Below the pieces are notes generated by a model that saw nothing but the letters and a program-made list of their open reading frames with translations, was not told the DNA's origin and searched no databases. Below, one piece after another: positions 40,779 through 48,745 of a stretch of DNA of 64,000 bases; position 1 is the first letter of the stretch, and each line of letters begins with the position of its first letter. The DNA is from an uncultured bacterium (lineage in GTDB: Bacteria; Verrucomicrobiota; Verrucomicrobiia; Verrucomicrobiales; DEV007), in assembly GCA_963977015.1 (NCBI GenBank), contig CAXBMO010000004.1, positions 64,001 through 128,000 of the forward strand. The letters run 5' to 3'. Made by a program: the position numbers and the translations under genes.

Positions 40779-42530
40779 TTATTTCAACGTCACCTGATAG
40801 ACCTTCGGACCATCCGTTTCGCCATCGACTTGAGCGGTGAATTTTCCTAACCCGGTTGCTGGAAATTCCACTTCGCCAATCGCAGCCGAATCAACTCCCC
40901 GCGGCAGACTCACATCCTGCTCCCAACGGGCATCCCCAACCGACAGTCTCAGCTTCACCGTCGTCGCAGCAGGCACTTCTCCATTCAGTCGAACATGGAC
41001 GGTGTAACTGCCTTTGCGCGCAAGATCGACCGTCCAATGGCCGCCAGTCCACCACCCTTGTGAGTCGGGCCCTTCGATGCGCTTGTCCTGAGGCGTTAAA
41101 ACGACGGTTGGTTGTTTGTCCGACCCGATGACGATTGGCGTCATCCCGAAATTGGGGGAACGGGTATTGCAGACGTCGTCAAACCAAGCGTCGTATTCCG
41201 CTTTGAGCTGCGCCACCAGATCCGGTTTCTCGGCGGAGAGATCGTTCGTCTCGCCAATATCATCGCGCAGATTGTAGAGCTCAAAAACCGGTTCTCCCTC
41301 AAACTGATGAGAGCTGATTTTGCTGCGATGAAGCAACTTCCATTCACCCTGCGGATCGATCGCCGCAAAGTGATGATACCGCTGCGGCTCGTTTCCGCGA
41401 TGCCATTGAAAAAAGAGATGCCGGTCTTCCCAGCCCAGTATCTTGGCCACCCCTTTTTCTGGAATCAATGGGCGCAAGCTCCGGCCGTCCAGCTTCACGT
41501 TTGCTGGCTGGGATACGCCGCAAAAGTCGAGAATGGTGGGCATCAGATCCATGTGCGCCGTGGTGAATTGGACGGACGATCCCGCTTCAATCACGCCGGG
41601 CCAGCGGACAAAACACACCGTGCGAATCCCGCCCTGATAAATCTGCCCTTTGGCTCCGCGAAACGGGCCCGCCGAGCCGCCCCCGGCTGGACCATTGTCG
41701 GTCAGGAAAATCACGATCGTGTTGTTCTCAATCTTCAGCTCCTCAAGCTTCTCATACAATCGCCCCATGTTGTCATCGATGTTCCTGATCATGGAATAGA
41801 ACCCGGCACGGGTGGGCCGTTTATCGTTGGGCATCTTCGCCTGAAAATGCTCGAACAACTCGCGGGTCGGGGGCTCGTCGAACGGCCCATGCGGAGCGTT
41901 CGTCGCGATGTAGGTGAAGAAGGGCTTCCCGGCTTTCGCCTGCGTTTCAATGTACTTGGCCGCTTCGTCAAAAAAGATGTCGGTGCAGTATCCCTCATAC
42001 CGAACCGGCTCACCATTGTGGAAAAGAATGGGATCGTGATACCGCTCACCTTCCGGTGGATTGGACGGCTGGCGCAACCCGCCGCCCTGATGCACAAGCG
42101 ATTCCTGAAAGCCCTGATCGATCGATCGAATCGGATAATAATCGCCCAGATGCCACTTCCCAAAAATTCCCGTGGAATAACCCGATTCGCTGAGCACCTC
42201 AGCCAGGGTCACCTCGTCCGGCTCAATGTTCGCCCGGCCAAGGTACGTATCGATCGCCCTCGTCCGAAAGCCATAACGCCCCGTCATGAGATGCGCGCGG
42301 GTCGGGGTACAAACCGGGCTGACGTAAAACTCCTTCAGCCAAGCCCCTTCTTTGGCGAGACGATCCATATTCGGCGTCTCGACGATCGAGTTTCCCGTAA
42401 TGCTGAGATCGCCATAGCCCTGATCATCCGTCATGATCAGGATCACGTTTGGAGTTGGCGCGGCAACAAGGGCCGTCACATGGCCCAACAACAAGGTCAG
42501 GACACCGACAAGGAAAACATGGGGGTTCAT
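40779..42530 (-). CDS. Arylsulfatase (S1) with C-terminal extension
   Basis: DDQGYGD, CTPTRAHLMTGR, GKWHLG, PHGP, TDNG; signal peptide from ATG 42530. Confidence 0.93.
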   Translation of the reverse strand: MNPHVFLVGVLTLLLGHVTALVAAPTPNVILIMTDDQGYGDLSITGNSIVETPNMDRLAKEGAWLKEFYVSPVCTPTRAHLMTGRYGFRTRAIDTYLGRANIEPDEVTLAEVLSESGYSTGIFGKWHLGDYYPIRSIDQGFQESLVHQGGGLRQPSNPPEGERYHDPILFHNGEPVRYEGYCTDIFFDEAAKYIETQAKAGKPFFTYIATNAPHGPFDEPPTRELFEHFQAKMPNDKRPTRAGFYSMIRNIDDNMGRLYEKLEELKIENNTIVIFLTDNGPAGGGSAGPFRGAKGQIYQGGIRTVCFVRWPGVIEAGSSVQFTTAHMDLMPTILDFCGVSQPANVKLDGRSLRPLIPEKGVAKILGWEDRHLFFQWHRGNEPQRYHHFAAIDPQGEWKLLHRSKISSHQFEGEPVFELYNLRDDIGETNDLSAEKPDLVAQLKAEYDAWFDDVCNTRSPNFGMTPIVIGSDKQPTVVLTPQDKRIEGPDSQGWWTGGHWTVDLARKGSYTVHVRLNGEVPAATTVKLRLSVGDARWEQDVSLPRGVDSAAIGEVEFPATGLGKFTAQVDGETDGPKVYQVTLK

Positions 42531-42585
42531 GGCCGCTACGTAACCGCAGAACCTCCGAGCGTCCACGCGAAAACCTTTGCGAGCC

Positions 42586-43476
42586 CTATTCGGCCGCGGC
42601 CTTCAGATAGCCCATCGCACCGAACCAGTCCGCCATCCGCAATGGCCATTCGCCGACTTTTTCCGAAATCTTTTTGATCCCGAAACCGTGACCTCCGTGC
42701 CCGTAAATGTGGAGCTCGCACTGGCGTCCCTTCCGGAACATCTCCAGGTAAAGCAGAGCGGCGCCTTCGACGAAACGTTTGTCTCCATGAGCGATGGCGA
42801 TGAACGCAGGTGGCGTCTCCTCGGTGATGACAATCTCCGGTGAAAGGGCGTTGGATTCGGCTTCGTTCTTGAGATAGGCCGGGTAGATGGGAACGGCAAA
42901 GTCGGGAACGCAGCTATGGGCATCAAGCGTCGCGTCCGGAGTGAAGGTCCGCTTCTCCTGCGAGGTCATCGCCATGACCGTGAGGTGACCTCCGGCGGAA
43001 AATCCGAGCATGCCAACCCGTTGCGGATCGATCTTCCATTCTTCTGCCTTGCTGCGCACCAGAGAGATGGCGCGTTGCGCGTCCTGCAGGGGAGCATGGT
43101 GCTTGTCCAGGTTTTCCCGACGCGGAACGCGGTATTTCAGGAGAACCGCATTCACCCCAATCGAGTTGAGAAACTCGCACACATCCGTGCCCTCATGTTT
43201 CGACGCCAGAATGCCGTATCCACCTCCGGGAACCACCACAACGGCCGTGCCGGTATTCGAATCGGCCGGCGCTGGATAAAACTGAAGCGTGGGAACGCTG
43301 ACATTGGAGATTCGGATGATGCCATCCCCATTTTTATCAGCCGCAGTTTCTTCCGGCAGGTCCACGTTTTCCTCACCGGGAACCTTCCCATCAGGCCAGA
43401 GTTCAATCGGTTCTTGAGGGGCGGCAAGGGCACTCGCGGTCGCAAACATCAGGACGAGGAAAAGGGTTTGTCTCAT
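42586..43476 (-). CDS. Secreted alpha/beta hydrolase (carbohydrate esterase-like)
   Basis: PGGGY, LKYR, LQDAQRA, GFSAGGHL, GGHGFG. Confidence 0.9.
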   Translation of the reverse strand: MRQTLFLVLMFATASALAAPQEPIELWPDGKVPGEENVDLPEETAADKNGDGIIRISNVSVPTLQFYPAPADSNTGTAVVVVPGGGYGILASKHEGTDVCEFLNSIGVNAVLLKYRVPRRENLDKHHAPLQDAQRAISLVRSKAEEWKIDPQRVGMLGFSAGGHLTVMAMTSQEKRTFTPDATLDAHSCVPDFAVPIYPAYLKNEAESNALSPEIVITEETPPAFIAIAHGDKRFVEGAALLYLEMFRKGRQCELHIYGHGGHGFGIKKISEKVGEWPLRMADWFGAMGYLKAAAE

Positions 43477-43606
43477 ACTTGCCCTCTAGCGGTAGATTGG
43501 CGGTTGGTCTAGTGAAGGTTTTGAGTCAACGAACCGTGCAAGGGGAGCCTTCAGCACGCTTTGCTTAAAAACTTCAGAAATAATTAATGAAACCATAATT
43601 TTATCC

Positions 43607-43644
43607 TTGCACTGATTTAGTTCAGGATTATAGAAAATCTATAA
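43607..43644 (+). promoter_or_regulatory. Candidate sigma70 promoter overlapped by a perfect 7-3-7 palindrome
   Basis: TTGCAC (43607-12)-N16-TATAGA; TTATAGA-AAA-TCTATAA at 43628-43644 in an AT-rich intergenic stretch. Confidence 0.5.
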
Positions 43645-43725
43645 CACTGAGATAACCAAGGGATTCACACAAAGCCCTTTGCTTTCACAGGTTTACTCGA
43701 AAATTTCTTAGATATGCACGCACAA

Positions 43726-43771
43726 TAGCGGGAGTCGCTGGCCTCAGGGCAACGGCTCCCGCTACTTTTTT
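43726..43771 (+). terminator. Rho-independent terminator
   Basis: 12-bp stem TAGCGGGAGTCG / CGGCTCCCGCTA (one G-U pair) followed by C and T6. Confidence 0.75.
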
Positions 43772-43846
43772 GGGAACCCACGGAGCAACATTCACGTCCG
43801 CTCTCTAAGGTTTGGGACGCAATTCCGTTGAAGAGAATGGTTTCCC

Positions 43847-44566
43847 ATGATTTTCTTCCTGCAACCTATGCGAATGCTCCCCCTGCTTTTATCGATTGGT
43901 TTGGCGACCTGCGCTCAAGCTCAAGAAAAGGAGGAAAACGCCGTGCCGAAAAAGCCAACGGTGGAGCAACTCTCAGACACCCAGTTTCGCTTGGGCACGA
44001 TCGAATTTAACTCGGAAACGCGCGAAATCCGGTTTCCCGGCGTGTTGAACATGAACCGGGGAATCCTGGAATACGTCCTCGTTCACGTGAATGGCAAGGA
44101 TCACGAGTCGTTGTTCACGACAGAGATCTCTCCAACGGACTTGAACGTCGTCCTGAAGCTACTGCGCTACAAGGATGGCGACGGGAAGCTGTTTCATGGG
44201 TTTTACCCACCTGGTGAATTGCCGGAGTTGGAGCCTCTGGGCGATGGCATCGACCTGTTCGCGACCTGGCCGGGCTCGATCGAGAACCCGGTTTATGAGC
44301 TGATTCGCGATGAACGCGGGGATTCGGCGATGAAACCTCTGCCCTGGATCTACAATGGGAGCGAAATCGTGAACGGTAGGTTCGAAGCCGAGTATGAAGG
44401 TTCGTTTTTCGCGATTTATCGTGACCCTCTCGCCTTGTTCAACACGCAACATCCCCGTGCGACCGATGACGAAAACTGGTTTCCGATCACAGCCAACATT
44501 CCAGCCATGGAAACCCCCATCACCATCATTTTGAAACCATCGGTGCACAAAGCTGTCCAAGAATAG
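43847..44566 (+). CDS. YdjY domain protein, secreted
   Basis: G.LEYVLV...GKDHESLF, W.YNGS; signal peptide. True start may be ATG 43868. Confidence 0.8.
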   Translation: MIFFLQPMRMLPLLLSIGLATCAQAQEKEENAVPKKPTVEQLSDTQFRLGTIEFNSETREIRFPGVLNMNRGILEYVLVHVNGKDHESLFTTEISPTDLNVVLKLLRYKDGDGKLFHGFYPPGELPELEPLGDGIDLFATWPGSIENPVYELIRDERGDSAMKPLPWIYNGSEIVNGRFEAEYEGSFFAIYRDPLALFNTQHPRATDDENWFPITANIPAMETPITIILKPSVHKAVQE

Positions 44567-44593
44567 AATCCCACCAACAACGTTGACCAAATC

Positions 44594-45760
44594 ATGAAAA
44601 CTCCCTTTTCACTGTTCCTCCTACTCGCTCTCGGCGTCACGGTTCTGAATGCCCAGGAAACAAAGCTCCACCACATCAAGGGTGACCTCTCGCTCAAGCT
44701 GGAGATTCAGCGCCATATCGACAAAGGGCTGAAGTATCTCGAGTCGCAGCAAAACGAGACCGGAAGCTGGGGCGATGAAACGTATCCCGCCCTCACCGCA
44801 ATGCCGCTGTCCGCAATCATGGGCAATCCGGATCGCGACCCCACGCAGCCGATTTCTCCCGAGTTGGAGAAAGCCTATGCGTTCCTCCTTTCGAAGCAGA
44901 ACCGCACCGGTGGCATTTTCGGCAAAGGGTTGGCGACCTACAATACCTCCCTCTCGCTGATGGCCCTGATTCACCTGGCTGATCGCCCCGAGGTCGAAGA
45001 CTCCATTCGCAAAGCGCGCCGATTCCTTATCAATCAACAAGCCGATTTTGATGAACGCGGGGTCGCCGACAGCCCGATGGACGGCGGAATCGGATATGGC
45101 GGCACCTATCCCCACAGCGATTTGTCGAACACCCATTTGGCGATGGAGGCTCTCTACTACTCGCGCCAGGTCCTGGCCGATCGTCCGGGTGGCGTCGGTC
45201 GTCAGTTGGATTGGAATGCCGCGATCGACTTTGTTACGAAATGCCAAAACGTGGAACAAAATGCCGAGCCTTACGTTGCATTGACGGAAAAGAACAGAGG
45301 CGGTTTCGTCTACTTCCCGGGAGACAGTAAAGCGGGCGCGGAAAGCGAGGAGAAGGATGGAAAGATCGCGCTCCGCTCCTATGGAAGCATGAGCTATGCC
45401 GGCCTCCTGAGTTTTGTCTATGCAGAGATGAGCCCCACCGATCCGCGCGTTCAAGCGGTCGAAGAATGGTTGGCCAAAAACTACAGCATCGCGGAAAACC
45501 CGGGAATGGGCGCCCAGGGGCTCTACTACTACTATCATACCATGGCCAAGGCGCTGACCATCACCGGCAAAGGCGAATTGAAACTGAACGACGGCTCCAA
45601 CGTCGACTGGAAAGAGCAACTCGCCCTGAAACTCTTCGATACTCATCAGCCCGATGGCTCCTGGATCAACGAAGGCTCGTCACGCTGGTGGGAAGACGAC
45701 CCGATCCTCGTCACCAGCTACGCCCTGCTCGCGTTGGAACACATTTCACGCCAGCTTTGA
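44594..45760 (+). CDS. Secreted prenyltransferase/squalene-cyclase-repeat (QW) protein
   Basis: QW-type repeats (YLESQQNETGSW, FLLSKQNRTGG, THQPDGSW), DLSNT, YGSMSYAGL, GLYYYY. Confidence 0.85.
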   Translation: MKTPFSLFLLLALGVTVLNAQETKLHHIKGDLSLKLEIQRHIDKGLKYLESQQNETGSWGDETYPALTAMPLSAIMGNPDRDPTQPISPELEKAYAFLLSKQNRTGGIFGKGLATYNTSLSLMALIHLADRPEVEDSIRKARRFLINQQADFDERGVADSPMDGGIGYGGTYPHSDLSNTHLAMEALYYSRQVLADRPGGVGRQLDWNAAIDFVTKCQNVEQNAEPYVALTEKNRGGFVYFPGDSKAGAESEEKDGKIALRSYGSMSYAGLLSFVYAEMSPTDPRVQAVEEWLAKNYSIAENPGMGAQGLYYYYHTMAKALTITGKGELKLNDGSNVDWKEQLALKLFDTHQPDGSWINEGSSRWWEDDPILVTSYALLALEHISRQL

Positions 45761-45804
45761 TTCAGCGACTTGCCCGCAGTCTCGAATTAGGCTACATCCG
45801 ATCC

Positions 45805-46443
45805 ATGAAAACCCCATTCCTCGTCACCCTCACGCTCCTCATTGGTCTGCTCTCGCTTCATGCCCAGGAAACCGATGCGGAAGGATTCACCGTCATTTTT
45901 GACGGCAAAGACCTTTCCCAGGTCAAGACGGAAGGGAACTGGATCATTCAGGACGACGGCTCACTTCATCTCGAGCCTCGTCCCGGCGAAAAGGGTTGGA
46001 GCCGTTACGGATCCTACATTTGGCTCAAAGAGGACTACGCCGACTTCGTCTTCGATTTCGAATTCAAATACGGAAAGGGCGGCAACTCAGGCCTCTATTT
46101 TCGCTGCGGAGATGATGTCGACCCCACCAAATCCGGGTTTGAAGTCCAGATTCTGGATTCCTACGGCGAAGAGAAAGAGTTAGGCCACCACGACATGGCG
46201 GGAGTCATCAAAACCGCCGGCCCGCTCAAGAACATGTCGAAGCCCGCGGGAGAATGGAACCGCATGATCGTGACGATGAAGGGCGACCAACTCCACGTCG
46301 TCCTCAACGGCGAAGTCGTGCAGGACATCAATCTCGCCGAAAAGAAGCCCGCCGACAAAAACCTCGCGCCCAGCGGAAAAATCTGCATCCAGGATCACGG
46401 TCAACCATTCACGGTCCGGAACCTGAAAGTGAAGCGGCTCTAG
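45805..46443 (+). CDS. DUF1080 (3-keto-disaccharide hydrolase-like) protein
   Basis: IFDGKDL, GNSG, FEVQILD, GEWN, G.ICIQDHG, RNLKVK; start at ATG 45805. Confidence 0.92.
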   Translation: MKTPFLVTLTLLIGLLSLHAQETDAEGFTVIFDGKDLSQVKTEGNWIIQDDGSLHLEPRPGEKGWSRYGSYIWLKEDYADFVFDFEFKYGKGGNSGLYFRCGDDVDPTKSGFEVQILDSYGEEKELGHHDMAGVIKTAGPLKNMSKPAGEWNRMIVTMKGDQLHVVLNGEVVQDINLAEKKPADKNLAPSGKICIQDHGQPFTVRNLKVKRL

Positions 46444-46770
46444 AAGGCGAGCTCCTCTGCGAGCTTCCCCCAAATACGCCGCACCATCTGCATTGATCCA
46501 GGCAAAGGGTTCCGGCCAGGCTGCCACACCCACCCATTCGCAACTGCCCGGCCCTTCCCCCTCCGTTCCCTCCTGTTGAACGGTTGGAACACGAAGGAAG
46601 GGATTCAGTAGTGAGGTGGATCCTGCCACTGCGCCGACGGCTTGGCAACTCCGCGATCTTGGGGAAGCCCATGCACATGGGTTTCTCCAATCCGAACGAA
46701 CGTCCTTGAAAAGCGAATCTCTTCAGCTTACCTCGCTTGGTTTTGCCGAAGACCTTCGGTTCCTTTCATC

Positions 46771-47430
46771 ATGCGACTCTTGCTCATAGAAGATGACGAC
46801 GACTTGGGCGAAGCCATTGCGGAGGCCTTGAAGTCCGAGGGGTATCAGGTGCAATGGGAACGCCACGGAGGAGAAGGGCTCTTCCGGGCGCTGGAATGGG
46901 ACTGGGATGCGGTAGTCCTGGATTGGTTGTTGCCCGGTGAGGACGGCATGGCCGTTTTGCGCCAGCTCCGTCAGGCCAAGTCGACTCCGGTCCTGATGTT
47001 GACAGCGCTGAATACGGTTCAGCATCGGCTCGAAGGCTTCGACAACGGTGCGGACGACTATCTTGGAAAACCTTTCGACCTCAGTGAGCTGCTCGCCCGG
47101 GTGCGGGCGCTGCTGCGCCGTGCTTACCGCCTGGACGGCGACGTGATCCGCTGTGGGGAACTGGAGCTTCAGACATCCGGCGGTCGCGTCTTTCGGGGCT
47201 CGCGGGAAATCCGCCTTTCGGGGGCGGAGTATCGAACCCTGGAACACCTCATGCTGCGGAAGGGGCGCGTGGTTTCGCGTCACCGGCTGGAGGAGTTGCT
47301 GGACGACGACCTGGGAGACGTGTTGGCGAACACCCTCGACGTTCACATGCATCGCCTGCGATCCAAGATTGGCGCCGACGTGATTCAGACCCGGCGTGGA
47401 CTGGGCTACCTGGTAGGCGATGATGCGTAA
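46771..47430 (+). CDS. OmpR/PhoB-family response regulator
   Basis: LLIEDD, VVLDWLLP, MLTA, GADDYLGKPF, winged-helix VHMHRLRSK...TRRGLGY. Confidence 0.95.
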   Translation: MRLLLIEDDDDLGEAIAEALKSEGYQVQWERHGGEGLFRALEWDWDAVVLDWLLPGEDGMAVLRQLRQAKSTPVLMLTALNTVQHRLEGFDNGADDYLGKPFDLSELLARVRALLRRAYRLDGDVIRCGELELQTSGGRVFRGSREIRLSGAEYRTLEHLMLRKGRVVSRHRLEELLDDDLGDVLANTLDVHMHRLRSKIGADVIQTRRGLGYLVGDDA

Positions 47431-48670
47431 GTTCCTGGCGAAGCACGATGCCCCCACCGGCACGCCCTTCCTGAGGCTTGCCCTCCGTCGCTACTTTCTG
47501 GGAGAGTCGATTTTCCGGCTTCTGATCGCCTTGCCGGCGTTCTTTGGCGGCTACCCGTTGACGGCCATCGCCGGATTGGCTGGCGGCGTCGTCTCCGGGT
47601 TGCTCTATCTCAGTTCCTTTTATCTGCGGAGACACCTGCTGATTCTGGGATTCGGCTACAACTGGGCCGTGTTCATGTTGGCCTTTGTGTATCTGTTTGG
47701 CTGGGCGGCGGGCTTTCAGGAATACGTGAGCTGCCTGGTGTTTGCCGTCTTCCTGTTCGATCACCTCCCCCTGAGACGCCGGATTTTCATGGCGCTCTTT
47801 CCCCTGGTTGCGATGGTCGCGTTGCAGCCGTTCCTAGCTGAGGTGGATCCCGTGTATGAGCTGCCCGGCTCGACACTGACCCGGATCAACCTGGCGAACA
47901 CCCTCGTTAGCCTCCTGGTGGACCTCGCCATTCTTGTCCACTTCGCCCACCGTATCGTTTCCCAGCGAGAGCGGCTCGCGGCGCAGGCGGAGGCGCGGGG
48001 GCAATTGATCGCAGAGTTGAGTCATGAATTAAAAACGCCGTTGGCCGCCATGCTGACCCGAACCCAGTTGGAGTTGAAGGACGACGCTCCCGATTCGCGG
48101 CAGAGAAGCGCGCTGAAGATGGTGGAGCGCAATGCCCGGGGCGCGGCCCAGCTCGTGGAGCGGATGCTCGATTTCCACGCGCTCGAGGCCGATCAAACCC
48201 GGGACGAGACGATCCCGAGTGTCCCGGCGGCGTTGATCCGTGAATGCTGGGAGATGCACGAACCGTTGGCTGCTGCCAAGGGGGTGAGCTTGAAGATGAC
48301 TGATCCCGATGAACGACCTTGGCAGATCGATCCTCACTTGCTGCGAATCGCCCTCAACAACCTGCTGAGCAACGCGATTCACCACAGTCCGGAAGGCGGC
48401 ACCGTCACGGTGACGTGCCTGACGGCTGGCGAAGGCGATTTGTCCAAACAGGGAACCATCTCGGTGCGCGACGAGGGCGAGGGCATTCCGGAAGAGGCTC
48501 TATCCCGGTTGTTCGACGCCTTTTACCGGGGCGACCGCAGCCGTTCGCGAAAGGAAAACCGCCACGGGCTGGGCCTGAGCATCGCGCAACGGGCCGTCGA
48601 GCGGATGGGCGGCCGCATCGAGGTCCAGTCAACGCCGGGCGAAGGAGCGGAGTTTTTTATCCACTTGTAA
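47420..48670 (+). CDS. Sensor histidine kinase with multi-TM N-terminal input domain
   Basis: About 6 hydrophobic segments, H-box SHELKTPL, NLLSNA, DEGEG, FDAFYR, GLGLSI; overlaps the regulator's stop. Confidence 0.93.
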   Translation: MMRKFLAKHDAPTGTPFLRLALRRYFLGESIFRLLIALPAFFGGYPLTAIAGLAGGVVSGLLYLSSFYLRRHLLILGFGYNWAVFMLAFVYLFGWAAGFQEYVSCLVFAVFLFDHLPLRRRIFMALFPLVAMVALQPFLAEVDPVYELPGSTLTRINLANTLVSLLVDLAILVHFAHRIVSQRERLAAQAEARGQLIAELSHELKTPLAAMLTRTQLELKDDAPDSRQRSALKMVERNARGAAQLVERMLDFHALEADQTRDETIPSVPAALIRECWEMHEPLAAAKGVSLKMTDPDERPWQIDPHLLRIALNNLLSNAIHHSPEGGTVTVTCLTAGEGDLSKQGTISVRDEGEGIPEEALSRLFDAFYRGDRSRSRKENRHGLGLSIAQRAVERMGGRIEVQSTPGEGAEFFIHL

Positions 48671-48684
48671 GGTAGTTGTAAGGT
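48665..48684 (+). promoter_or_regulatory. Direct repeat with 11-bp period; candidate OmpR-family operator
   Basis: TTGTAAGGT at 48665-48673 and 48676-48684, about 60 bp upstream of the autotransporter. Confidence 0.6.
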
Positions 48685-48745
48685 TGGGGTGCGAGGGGTT
48701 GGCAGTTAATCCACACGCCACATTCAATCTCGACCTCAACTCCCA

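Noticed and set aside
44594-45760. Squalene-hopene/oxidosqualene cyclase call
   Set aside because: Too short, has a signal peptide and lacks DxDD/DCTAE.
45466-45804. N-terminal extension of the DUF1080 ORF (similarly 19803-20012 and 46642-46770)
   Set aside because: Overlaps the upstream gene or lacks protein-like character; the downstream ATG gives a clean signal peptide or domain start.
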